DNA of 27,151 nt from the NCBI GenBank assembly GCA_039208735.1, contig JBCCQY010000123.1:1-27151 (forward strand), read 5' to 3'. Below, piece after piece: positions 8,360 to 17,500 of the stretch (within the stretch, counting starts at the first letter, position 1; each line of letters opens with the position of its first letter). This DNA is from Myxococcota bacterium. Lineage in GTDB: Bacteria > Myxococcota_A > UBA796 > GCA-2862545. Under the pieces are notes generated by a model that was not told the DNA's origin, searched no databases, and worked only from the letters and a program-made list of their open reading frames with translations. A program made the position numbers and the translations under genes.

Positions 8360-8459
8360 AGATCGCCTGTCGCGTCGCACAGGCGTCGTAGGGTTCACAA
8401 CCTGTATCGGACTCAAAGACACCAACCTGGTACGGTCGCGTCGTGGCATGGAGGATGGT

Positions 8460-11400
8460 TTGATTCGCTTGATAGTCCCGTGGCTCGCTGGGCTGGTGAC
8501 GCTCGCCTGCACCGGGGAGTTGGAATCTCCCACGGTAACGCTGCCCGCGGAGGTCGACGCCGACGGGGACGGGTTTGTCGCGTCCGAAGATTGTGATGAC
8601 ACGAACGAGGCGGTCAATCCCCTCGCGACAGAAGTCTGCGCGAACGGGCTCGACGACGACTGCGATCCCAAGACGCTCGACCGCTTCGATGCCGATGACG
8701 ATGGCGTGTCCTGCGCGATCGACTGTGACGACACCAACCCCGATGTCTTCCCCGGCGCTCCAGAGCAATGCGGGAACGGCCTCGATGATGACTGTGATAC
8801 GTCCACGCCCGACCTCTTCGACGAAGATGCCGATGGGTCGACCTGCGACGTCGACTGCGACGATTCCAACAACGAGGTGTTTCCCGGGGCAACCGAGCAA
8901 TGTGCCAACGCCATTGACGACGACTGCGACGCCTCCACCCCCGACATCTTCGACGCGGACGGAGATGGGTCAACCTGCGATCTGGACTGTGACGACTTCG
9001 ACCAAGACGTCTTCCCCGGAGCGATCGAACGATGCGCCAACGCCATCGACGATGATTGCGACCCCTCTACGAACGATATCTTCGATGCAGATGGCGATGG
9101 TTCAACGTGCAACATCGACTGTGACGACACGGATGCAGCGATTTCGGGCACAGACGCCGATAACGATGGGTTTTCGACCTGTACAGGGGATTGCGACGAC
9201 ACCGACGCCGCCATCTCACCCGGGGTCCCGGAGGTCTGCGCCAACGGCATCGACGACGACTGCAACGCGGTGACGGTCGATGTCTTCGACGCGGATGGCG
9301 ACGGCGCGACCTGCGAAATCGACTGCGACGACGCAGACGCAAGTTTAAACCTCCTCGATACCGACGGTGATTTGGTCACCACGTGCTCTGGGGATTGCGA
9401 CGACACCGATGCCAGCGTGTTTCCAGGTGCGACGGAACAGTGCAGCAACGGCATCGACGATGACTGTGATGTCCTCACTGCCGACGTGTTCGACGCGGAT
9501 GGCGATGGCGCCTCATGTGACGTGGATTGCGACGACACCGACGCGTCGCTGAATCTAGATGACGCCGATGGGGACTTCATCACGACCTGTGCGGGCGACT
9601 GCGACGACACCGACGCGGGCACCTTCCCCGGCGCAGGTGAGACGTGTGCCAATGGGGTGGATGACGACTGTGATGGGTCGACCCCTGACGTCTTCGATGC
9701 CGATGGCGACGGGAACGCCTGCGACGTCGACTGCGACGACTTTGACGCGGACCTCAACCTGGACGACAGGGATGGAGACAACGTGCCCACCTGTGCAGGG
9801 GATTGCGATGACCTCGACGCCTCGGTCTTTTCAGGGGCGCCAGAGCTTTGCGCCAACGGGATCGACGACGACTGCGACCCCTCGACCCCTGACATCTTCG
9901 ATGCAGATCTCGACGGAGCCAATTGTGATGTCGACTGCGCCGACGATGACGGAGCCCTCAACCTCACCGATGCCGACAAAGACGGCCAAACGACCTGTGC
10001 CGGCGATTGTGATGATGCCAACCTCACCCTCAATACGCTCGATCAGGATGGAGACGGCGATACGTCCTGTGCGACGGACTGCGATGACCTCGACGCAGCG
10101 CTCACGGGGCTCGATCTCGACGGCGATGGCATCGACACCTGTAGTGGCGACTGCGATGACCTGGACGCGGCTACGTACCCGGGCGCGGTGGATCCTCCAT
10201 GCTCGGGGGTCGACGAAGCCTGTGATGGTCAGGCCGAGCAGCTCGTGGGGGTGAGCTTTACGACCGTCCAAGCGGCCATTGATGCGTCCCTCGACGGTGA
10301 CGTGGTTTGCCTCCCCGCGGGAACCACCGTGGAAACAGGAATTCGCGTCGACGTCGACGTCGAAATCCGTGGTCAAGGTGAAACGGCTTCGACGCTGGAC
10401 GCGCGGGCGAACGGCAATGCGCTCACGTTCGAAGCAGGCAGCGCAGGGGTTCGGGTGCAGGATCTCACGGTATTGGGCACCACCTCGTTCTTCACCCTCT
10501 GGATCGAGGAAGACACGACAATCGAGCGCGTGACCCTGGATGGAGGGGCGATGATTGTCATCGATCACCTCGCTACCCTGAACGAGGTGTCCATCCTCAA
10601 CACCCTTCCGAGCAATCCATCGATCGCCCAATCCTATGCCATCTGGGTTCAGCCCAACACGGATGCGGGCCTGCAACTTACCGATGTCGAGATCCTAAAC
10701 GCCGAAGGAATCATTCAGCACCGTGGCTTCGGACCGATCGACATTGACGGACTGAGGGCCACCGGCATTGGCGACCTCCAAATCGACTTCCACGCAGGTG
10801 AACCCACGTCCATCCGAGATGCCTCGTTCACCGGCGTGCGCAATGTGCTCTTCTGGGGCCGCGACGGATTTCTCACCACATTCGAAGATGTGACGTTTAC
10901 CTCAAACACGGGTAGCATCAGCATTAGCGGCAGCAATCCCACCGCCCACTTGTTCGACATGGATCGGTTCAACGTCATCCGCCCGAGTTCGCCCAACAGC
11001 CCCATTGTGACCTTCGGTAGCGACGCAACCGCGCATTGGACGAATTCCCGTGTCGTCGGCGGAACGTCGAATCACCCGTCGATTCAGAATAGTGGCTCGT
11101 CCGATGTCGTCCTCGAGAACCTGACGGTGGTCAATTCGGTAACGGTCCCATCAACCACGGCGGAGGGGGTTCAGCACAATAGCTCCGGCACTCTGGCCAT
11201 TCGCAACTGCATCTTCGCCAGCACATCGCCCACAGGCCTCTCTCGGTCTGAAATCAACGTTCCGCTGAACGCGATCCTGGAGTACAACCTCATCGAAGGG
11301 CTGAACTCGGGAACCAACTCAGATGCCGCGCCACTGTTGGATTCCGACTTTTGCCCCAGTCCAGGTTCTCCGGCCATCGATGCCGGAGATTCCACGGTGG

Positions 11401-11534
11401 ACAGTGCTCTGTTGCCGGACGACGCCTACGGAAACCCACGCGTCGTAGATGACCCCGCCACCATCGATAGCGGAGTGGCCAACGGGGCCAACCTCGTAGT
11501 CGACATCGGTGCCTGTGAGATCCAAGCGCCGTAA
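8460..11534 (+). CDS. Large surface lipoprotein: Asp/Cys MopE-like metal-binding repeats, right-handed beta-helix and choice-of-anchor-Q-like C-terminus
   Basis: Likely start TTG 8460 (GGAGG at 8450-8454; ATG 8448 is an alternative). Lipobox LVTLAC; 16 DxDxDG..DCDD repeats; TTVQAAIDA..GDVVCLPAGT beta-helix cap; SPAIDAGD...DAYGNPRVVDD...VDIGACE terminus. Confidence 0.85.
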   Translation: MIRLIVPWLAGLVTLACTGELESPTVTLPAEVDADGDGFVASEDCDDTNEAVNPLATEVCANGLDDDCDPKTLDRFDADDDGVSCAIDCDDTNPDVFPGAPEQCGNGLDDDCDTSTPDLFDEDADGSTCDVDCDDSNNEVFPGATEQCANAIDDDCDASTPDIFDADGDGSTCDLDCDDFDQDVFPGAIERCANAIDDDCDPSTNDIFDADGDGSTCNIDCDDTDAAISGTDADNDGFSTCTGDCDDTDAAISPGVPEVCANGIDDDCNAVTVDVFDADGDGATCEIDCDDADASLNLLDTDGDLVTTCSGDCDDTDASVFPGATEQCSNGIDDDCDVLTADVFDADGDGASCDVDCDDTDASLNLDDADGDFITTCAGDCDDTDAGTFPGAGETCANGVDDDCDGSTPDVFDADGDGNACDVDCDDFDADLNLDDRDGDNVPTCAGDCDDLDASVFSGAPELCANGIDDDCDPSTPDIFDADLDGANCDVDCADDDGALNLTDADKDGQTTCAGDCDDANLTLNTLDQDGDGDTSCATDCDDLDAALTGLDLDGDGIDTCSGDCDDLDAATYPGAVDPPCSGVDEACDGQAEQLVGVSFTTVQAAIDASLDGDVVCLPAGTTVETGIRVDVDVEIRGQGETASTLDARANGNALTFEAGSAGVRVQDLTVLGTTSFFTLWIEEDTTIERVTLDGGAMIVIDHLATLNEVSILNTLPSNPSIAQSYAIWVQPNTDAGLQLTDVEILNAEGIIQHRGFGPIDIDGLRATGIGDLQIDFHAGEPTSIRDASFTGVRNVLFWGRDGFLTTFEDVTFTSNTGSISISGSNPTAHLFDMDRFNVIRPSSPNSPIVTFGSDATAHWTNSRVVGGTSNHPSIQNSGSSDVVLENLTVVNSVTVPSTTAEGVQHNSSGTLAIRNCIFASTSPTGLSRSEINVPLNAILEYNLIEGLNSGTNSDAAPLLDSDFCPSPGSPAIDAGDSTVDSALLPDDAYGNPRVVDDPATIDSGVANGANLVVDIGACEIQAP
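8556..10229 (+). repeat. Intragenic tandem array of 16 Asp/Cys units (9 long, about 44-45 aa; 7 short, about 23-24 aa)
   Basis: Long unit DxDxDGxxCxxDCDD..FPGA.E.C.NG.DDDCD; short unit DxDxDGxxCxxDCDD.....NL. Order L4-(SL)4-S3-L. Confidence 0.9.
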
Positions 11535-11535
11535 C

Positions 11536-13182
11536 CTATTCGATGCCCCGAACCGAGTAGGTCTGCACCTCGGTGGTAATGGGCCCGGTGGCTCCCGTCT
11601 CCACGTTGAGCCACCAGGTCTGCACACCGTCTTCAAGCGTCAGCACGGAGTAAACGAGGTACTGGCTGTCGGGCGTCCAGGCAAACCCATTGAAGAACTG
11701 GCCAAAGTCCATCGGATGCAACATCCGTGTGCGTTCGGTGGCGACATCATAGGCGAACAGGCTCGGAACCCATTCCACGACGCCATCCCGCACAATCTCC
11801 ACCGTGGTGGCGTCAGCGAAAACCACGGTAGACCCGTCTGGCGAAATCGTGGCGGCGGTCGCCAACGTCCCAATCCCCGACGAGCGGTACACGGCCTCCC
11901 CCGGTGTGACACCGTTCTCGTCGTACGCCCCCAACACGATGGAGGAACTGTCGTAGTAGGCGACCTGGCCGGTGGCTCGACTCAAGTTGGGAAAGAAACC
12001 TTCTGTAGCACCTTCGATTTCCTCAAAGGTGTTGGCATCGACGGTGGTAAGCAGGCACAAGTCGTCGGAAAGCACCCCATATACCTGACGATTCCGACCA
12101 CAGATGGTGAAGATGCCGATGCCGCGGTCCAGGTCAAAGACGCTTTGGCGCATCTCGATGTCGAGGGCCGGGATGTTGTCGTACGACTGGGCTTCGTAGG
12201 TCCCGGGTGAACCCAGTGTCTGATAGACGAGTTCGTTGTCTCCAGTCCGCAGATCGTAGCGGAACACATCGGTGCCAGATGCCGGCACCACCTTCAGGTC
12301 GTCCGACCCGCCATCGTTGAACGTGATCACTGGATAGACGATGTGGTCGGGGTCCGAGAAGGCAGGTGAGAAGCGATAGGTGTCGCCCAACCCCACATCG
12401 ACAGACCGCGCTCCACTGCCATCGCCCTGAAACACCACGAACTCGTTCGCGTCTGGATCGACGGCGACGAGCTTCAGATCGCCGCCCTGCGCCGCGAACG
12501 CAGGTTCCATCGGTTCCCCGCACGGGTAGTAGCCATAGGGAACCACCTCAACATCGTCGATGACCACGTCATGCAGCGTGTCGGCGTTCTGTAGCTCGAT
12601 CTCCAAGTACACCGTTTCGTTCGGATCAAGCTTCGCCCCAAGGCTCTCGGCACGCCAAACCAGGCTGTACTGCACATACCCGTCGTAATCGAGTTCCCCC
12701 TCGTGGAGCCGCAGCAACACATCCCCGAAAATGGCTTCAGGGTCCGTGAGATTGGTGAGATTGACGTTGAGCCGAAGGTCTTCCTCCCACGAAAGCACCC
12801 GGAGCTTGAAGCGGATGGTGTAAAGGCGGTTGACGAAGTCCACGTCGGGCAACGGAACCAGGACTTGGGCCGCCTTGCCCCGGATGAAGAGGATGTCCTC
12901 GGTGCAATCGGGGCCGTCCGTACGTAGGCGCACGGCTCGGCTCCCTTCACCGGCATGCTCCTGCTGAAGAACCGCGTTTCCACAGAGGTCTAGGCCTAGC
13001 AGCTCGGCCTCGAACCCGCCGCCCTCCAACAGGTTGTCCTCGTGACACTCGGTGTTCACGTTGTCGGCCGCGTAGACCGATCCGAGGTCCTCGGTCGCGG
13101 TATCGGACGGGCTCGAGCCACCGCCGTTTCCACCTCCGGCACAGGCAAACAGCCCCAGCAGGGCAATCACATCCGGTCTCAC
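11536..13182 (-). CDS. Lipoprotein with a CBM4/9-like beta-sandwich and a TolB-like beta-propeller
   Basis: GTG 13182 lies 5 nt after GGAGG. Signal MRPDVIALLGLFAC; NLLEGGGFEA...GSRAVRL...VVIDDVEV (galactose-binding-like fold); ISPDGSTVVF and FAWTPDSQYLVYS (TolB/WD40-like blades). Confidence 0.7.
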   Translation of the reverse strand: MRPDVIALLGLFACAGGGNGGGSSPSDTATEDLGSVYAADNVNTECHEDNLLEGGGFEAELLGLDLCGNAVLQQEHAGEGSRAVRLRTDGPDCTEDILFIRGKAAQVLVPLPDVDFVNRLYTIRFKLRVLSWEEDLRLNVNLTNLTDPEAIFGDVLLRLHEGELDYDGYVQYSLVWRAESLGAKLDPNETVYLEIELQNADTLHDVVIDDVEVVPYGYYPCGEPMEPAFAAQGGDLKLVAVDPDANEFVVFQGDGSGARSVDVGLGDTYRFSPAFSDPDHIVYPVITFNDGGSDDLKVVPASGTDVFRYDLRTGDNELVYQTLGSPGTYEAQSYDNIPALDIEMRQSVFDLDRGIGIFTICGRNRQVYGVLSDDLCLLTTVDANTFEEIEGATEGFFPNLSRATGQVAYYDSSSIVLGAYDENGVTPGEAVYRSSGIGTLATAATISPDGSTVVFADATTVEIVRDGVVEWVPSLFAYDVATERTRMLHPMDFGQFFNGFAWTPDSQYLVYSVLTLEDGVQTWWLNVETGATGPITTEVQTYSVRGIE

Positions 13183-13258
13183 CGTCACCTCCGACGACGC
13201 CACCTATGGGCTTTTCGCACCGTCACGACGCGCTTTGAACGAGGCTTGATGTTGGGAG

Positions 13259-13302
13259 TAGACAAAGAATCCATAGTTATGTATATACGGATTTATGGAT
13301 TC
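13259..13302 (+). promoter_or_regulatory. Putative promoter and palindromic ArsR operator overlapping the arsR start
   Basis: TAGACA (13259-13264), 17 bp spacer, TATATA (13282-13287). GAATCCATA (13267-13275) and TATGGATTC (13294-13302) are inverted repeats sharing a centre with palindrome GTATATAC (13281-13288). AT-rich island; no SD before ATG 13295. Confidence 0.7.
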
Positions 13303-13630
13303 AACCCTTCAAGCCCTCGCCGATCCGCGGCGTCGGGCCATCGTGGAACTGCTGCAGCAGCGCGAGCGACCCGTGCGTGAACTCGTCGAAGCGTTGCCCA
13401 TCGCGCAGTCCGGCGTGTCACGGCACCTCCGCATCCTGCGAGAGGCGGGGCTCGTGCGGTCCCGCGCGCAAGGTCAACAACGCATCTATGAACTTCGCCC
13501 CGAGCCATTCGATGAACTGGCTGGGTGGTTGCAACGCGTTCGCGAGCGGTGGAATGAGCGGCTCGACAACCTCGAGCGCGAACTCAAACGCCGCCAACAG
13601 GCTTCCAACTCCCGTGAGGACGACAAATGA
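13295..13630 (+). CDS. ArsR/SmtB family transcriptional regulator
   Basis: ALADPRRRAIVELL...VRELVEALPIAQSGVSRHLRILREAGLV...GQQRIYEL winged HTH; ATGA overlap with the SRPBCC gene. Confidence 0.95.
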   Translation: MDSTLQALADPRRRAIVELLQQRERPVRELVEALPIAQSGVSRHLRILREAGLVRSRAQGQQRIYELRPEPFDELAGWLQRVRERWNERLDNLERELKRRQQASNSREDDK

Positions 13631-14061
13631 ACGAACAGGAAGTGATCGAACGCGTCTTCGGCGCCCCCATCGACCTGGTGTGGGAGCTGTGGACGACGGC
13701 CGAGGGCATCGCCACATGGTTTGGTCCCAAAGGATTCACCGTGAAGGTCGATGCGATCGACCTTCGGGTCGGAGGCAGCTTCGTCTACACCATGACGAAG
13801 GATGCATCGGAGTCCGAAGGGCCGTCCAGTTTCAGCGTCGAATCTACATTCACAGTGGTTGAACGCCCGCACCGGCTCGTCTACGAATCCCCGTGGCGAA
13901 CCGAGATGATGAGCACCGACGTCACCCTTTCCGAAACGGCTGAAGGAGTGAAGCTTGTGCTCATCATTGGTGCTACGAAGCCCGGAATGACCGGTGGGGC
14001 GGCCAAGGGTTGGCACAGCTCGCTCGATCGCCTCGCTGAGACGTTCGCAAGCCGGGCCTGA
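13627..14061 (+). CDS. SRPBCC / AHSA1-like (START-fold) protein
   Basis: IERVFGAPIDLVWELWT....WFGP, DLRVGG, P.RLVY, GW.S.LDRL; the classic ArsR-SRPBCC pairing. Confidence 0.92.
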   Translation: MNEQEVIERVFGAPIDLVWELWTTAEGIATWFGPKGFTVKVDAIDLRVGGSFVYTMTKDASESEGPSSFSVESTFTVVERPHRLVYESPWRTEMMSTDVTLSETAEGVKLVLIIGATKPGMTGGAAKGWHSSLDRLAETFASRA

Positions 14062-14098
14062 TCAAGAAAAGTCTGGCCAGTTGGGTTCGAGAATCGTT

Positions 14099-14128
14099 AC
14101 GGGTGGCGTTGCAACACGTCAGACCCGT
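14099..14128. terminator. Hairpin between convergent genes, possible terminator
   Basis: ACGGGT (14099-14104) pairs with ACCCGT (14123-14128), with an inner GGCGT/ACGTC stem; followed by weakly T-rich TCACTTCT. Confidence 0.4.
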
Positions 14129-14486
14129 TCACTTCTCGTCCAACCGCGGGTTATTCCTCCCCTCGCATGTAGAGAAGAATCCCTACAACGATGAAAATCG
14201 ACGCATAGGCGCCCATCGCGGAAATGTCCAGCGGCCATGACTCGGGCAAGAGTCGAGCCGCAATGGCAACAATCCCGCCGAGGCAGCCTACGGCGAGGAC
14301 GATCAGGCCGGTCCACTCGGTGTGATCCAGCGCTGCGAGATGATTTCGAAGTGGCTCCAAGCAACCTCCTTGCTCCAGTGGGCCATCGGCCAATTTGCCG
14401 AGCCCTGACGCACCTTTCATGTCTCGAAACGCAATCCCCACCGCCGAGTGGTGAAACCTGACTCGTATTGCTGGCGTTGCAACACG
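14104..14486. repeat. 15-bp direct repeat TGGCGTTGCAACACG (14104-14118 and 14472-14486) flanking a small gene
   Basis: Exact match, 368 bp apart, both copies intergenic; contains palindrome GTTGCAAC. Confidence 0.8.
14151..14360 (-). CDS. Small two-TM membrane protein (69 aa)
   Basis: Strong RBS AAGGAGG 4 nt before TTG 14360. MEPLRNHLAALDHTEW-TGLIVLAVGCLGGIVAIAA-RLLPESWPLD-ISAMGAYASIFIVVGILLYM-RGEE. Confidence 0.6.
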   Translation of the reverse strand: MEPLRNHLAALDHTEWTGLIVLAVGCLGGIVAIAARLLPESWPLDISAMGAYASIFIVVGILLYMRGEE

Positions 14487-14533
14487 AGAACAAGGATCAT
14501 CCGGTTACGCCGGGACCACAACCCGGAGTTGCT

Positions 14534-17500
14534 GTGGCGGATCCCATCGCGCTTGTCGGGGCGGCGTGCCGGTTTCCGGGGGCCCCCGACCTCAACACGT
14601 TCTGGACCCTCGTGGCCGAAGGCCGTGATGCCACGAGAGAGGTCGATGCGGACCGCTGGCCGGAAACCCGAAGGCCCCCCATTGCACGCGGCGGGTTTCT
14701 CGAGACCATCGCGGACTTCGACGCGCTTGCGTTCGCGATGTCCCCCACGCAAGCCGCCGAAACAGATCCCCAGCAGCGGTTGATGCTCGAGGTCGCCGTG
14801 GAGGCCCTCGAGGACGCCCGACTGGGCCCGCCAGACCTCCGAGATCACACCGTAGGGGTCTACATCGGCATCGGTGCGTCCGAGTACGACGGCCGATTCG
14901 TCGACCCGACCCTCGGGGCGCGAGGCTTGCACTCGGGGCTCGGCAATGACTCGAGCTTCGCCGCAGGGCGCATCGCAAGCCTCCTTGGCCTGCGGGGACC
15001 CGCACTTGCCCTGAACACCGCGTGCAGCTCGGCTTTGGTCGCTCTCGATCAGGCGACGAAAGCCCTGCGTTCGGGGGGGTGTGAAATCGCCGTGGTTGGC
15101 GCCGTGAACCTCTTGGTTATCCCCGAAAACTCGGCCCGTTTGCACCGCATGGGGGTTCTGGCGCTCGACGGACGCTGCAAGGTGTTCGACCGTTCGGCGG
15201 ATGGGTACGCCAGAGCGGAGGGCGCAGGCGCAATCGTGCTTGCCAGGGTGGAGGTGGCCTCTGCGTTGGCGCTGCCGGTGAGGGCCCACGTGCTCGGCAC
15301 GGCCGTAAATCAGGATGCAGGAGAAACGGGGCTCACCGCACCAAGCCAGGCCGCTCAAGCGGCCGTGATCGACCAAGCCCTCCGGGATGCAGGGCTTACC
15401 CCCGCCGACATCGACGTCGTAGAGGCCCACGGCACCGGCACGCCAACCGGGGATCCGGTCGAACTCGAGGCACTGGGCCGGGCCTTTGCCGATCGGACCG
15501 CCCCGCTTCCGGTGGGGTCGGTCAAGAGCAACATCGGCCACCTCGAAGTCGCCGCGGGGATGGCCGGTCTGCTCAAAGGGGTCGGCATGCTGGAACGCGG
15601 CGAAGCGTTGCCGCATCGCGTCCACGACACCCCGGTGATGCTGCCACGGCCCCTGTGTCTGGCCGGATCAGGCCTTGCCACCTCCTCGCAAGGCGCTCGG
15701 GCACTCGAGCGCATTGGGGTGAGTGCCTTTGGGTTGTCCGGGACAAATGCCCACGCGGTGTTGGGCCGTGCAGAAACCGTCATCACTCCCTCCGAATCCA
15801 CCTCCGACCGGCCCAGGCTCCTGGTGGCGAGTGCAAGCAGTGAGATGGGACTGCGGACCCTTGCCGCGGCCCTGGCGGGACGCATCGAAGGACCATCGTT
15901 CCATGCCTTTGCCGCCTCCACGGCCCTGACGCGACGGCCGCTGGCGCACCGGATGACGGTGGTTGCAACATCCCCGGCCGCGGCGCGTTCGGCCTTCCAA
16001 AGCTTCGCCAGCACCGGTCGCTGCGGGGCCGGCACCGAGGTCGGTACCGCGGCGGCGGCGCCCCTCACCACGTTGCGGGTGGGCGCGCTCGAAGGGGATT
16101 GGGCCCCGTTCATCGAACGCCTGCGGCACTGGCCCGCGTTTCGTTCGATCGTCGAACAGGCGGACGCGCCGCTTCCCTTGGTCGCTGCGGTAGCCCTCGC
16201 GACGCAGTGGAAGGCCTTTGGCTGGTCGTTTCAGCGCGTGGAGGGAATGGGCTCGGGCCGGCTCGCCGCCTCGGTCATTCGAGGAGACCGCACGCTGGCC
16301 GAGGCTCTGGCCAACCCTGACCCTCCCGACATGCCGGACGGTCCGTCGAGCACCGCCCACGACGAGGAACGGCTGTACGTCATCGGTGAAGATCCCGCCC
16401 CCTCCGTCTGCGCAGCAACCGCAGAAATGACCGAGGCCGACCTGCTCGCTTCGGTGGCGGCGGCCTGGTGTGCCGGCGTGCCGGTAGCGTGGGACGTTGT
16501 GTACCCGGAACTCCCCCATCGCGTCGGTCTTCCGCCGACCCCCTGGCAACCCACCCGGGCCTGGATCGACGACCCGCCCGCACCTCGGGTGACCGAAAGC
16601 CGCCGTCCGCCCACCTCGCCCGAGTTGGACCCCCCAGGACCCACCTACCAACGTTCGTTCCGCCCGCTTCCCGCCTTGCCCGTGTCGGCGAAGGCTCGGT
16701 CCTGGGTCATTATCGCTGATCACCAAGGTGTCGCCCATGCCTTAGCGCGCACGCTTGAGCCCCCACCTCGGGTACTTCAGCCCCGCCCCATCGATGCGGA
16801 AACCTGGCAGCCAGAACTGGGCGATCTAAGTGACGCAGCCGGCGTCATCTTCCTCTCGGCTCTCGACCAGCGAAGCATCCTCGACGACCAAGGTGGACCG
16901 GTGGTGGATGCGGCCGAGGACACGGTACGCGCCACCTGGCTGGCGGCCCGCTGGGCTCGAGCGATCCTGGAGGCGGGGGTGCCCACTCGCGAAGCCGACG
17001 AGGGATTTCGGTTCTGGATCGCGACCCGAGGTGCCGTCGCAGCGGAGGAAGGCGACGCGGTCGATCCCACCCATGGGGCCTTGTGGGGTTTGGGAGCGAC
17101 GCTTTCGCTCGAACATCCTGAACTTGGCGTCGGTCTCGTCGACCTCGATCCCGCAGGTTCGGTGGGGGGACTCGCCGCACTCCTCGGGGTGACGACGCCC
17201 GAAGACCAGATCGCCCTGCGGGGGGACCACGCCTTAGCGGCCCGACTCACGCCTGCGACACCTCCGCCGCCCATGGAGTGGGGCCCGGGACCCGTGCTCA
17301 TCACGGGCGGCTTGGGGGCATTGGGGCTCCACATTGCCGAGACCCTGGCCGATCGCGGGGTTCGACGAATCGAATTGGCCAGCCGCCGCCCGCCTTCACC
17401 CGCGGCCTCAGCCCGGCTGCAGGCCCTCACGGCGCGCGGCCTCCAGATCGCCGTTCACGCGCTGGACGTGGGAGATGCCGCCGCGGTGACTGCGTGGGCG

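Noticed and set aside
8364..8385. Hairpin CGCCTGT/ACAGGCG after the pseudogene
   Set aside because: No U-tract and only a 7-bp stem in GC-rich DNA; insufficient to call a terminator.
7974..8459. Integron cassette / attC interpretation of the pseudogene region
   Set aside because: No RYYYAAC...GTTRRRY pair bounding a suitable palindrome, and no integrase in the window.
8351..10033. 560-aa Ser-rich minus-strand ORF with SSQS repeats
   Set aside because: Antisense shadow of the Asp/Cys repeat gene: GAC/GAT/TGC codons read as Ser/Gln-rich text on the other strand.
8556..10229. Possible CRISPR array or DNA-level repeat element
   Set aside because: The units are in-frame, degenerate at synonymous sites and lack identical repeats with unique spacers; no cas genes.
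14472..14486. Sigma-54 promoter reading of TGGC...TTGC
   Set aside because: The spacing between GG and GC is far shorter than the required -24/-12 arrangement.
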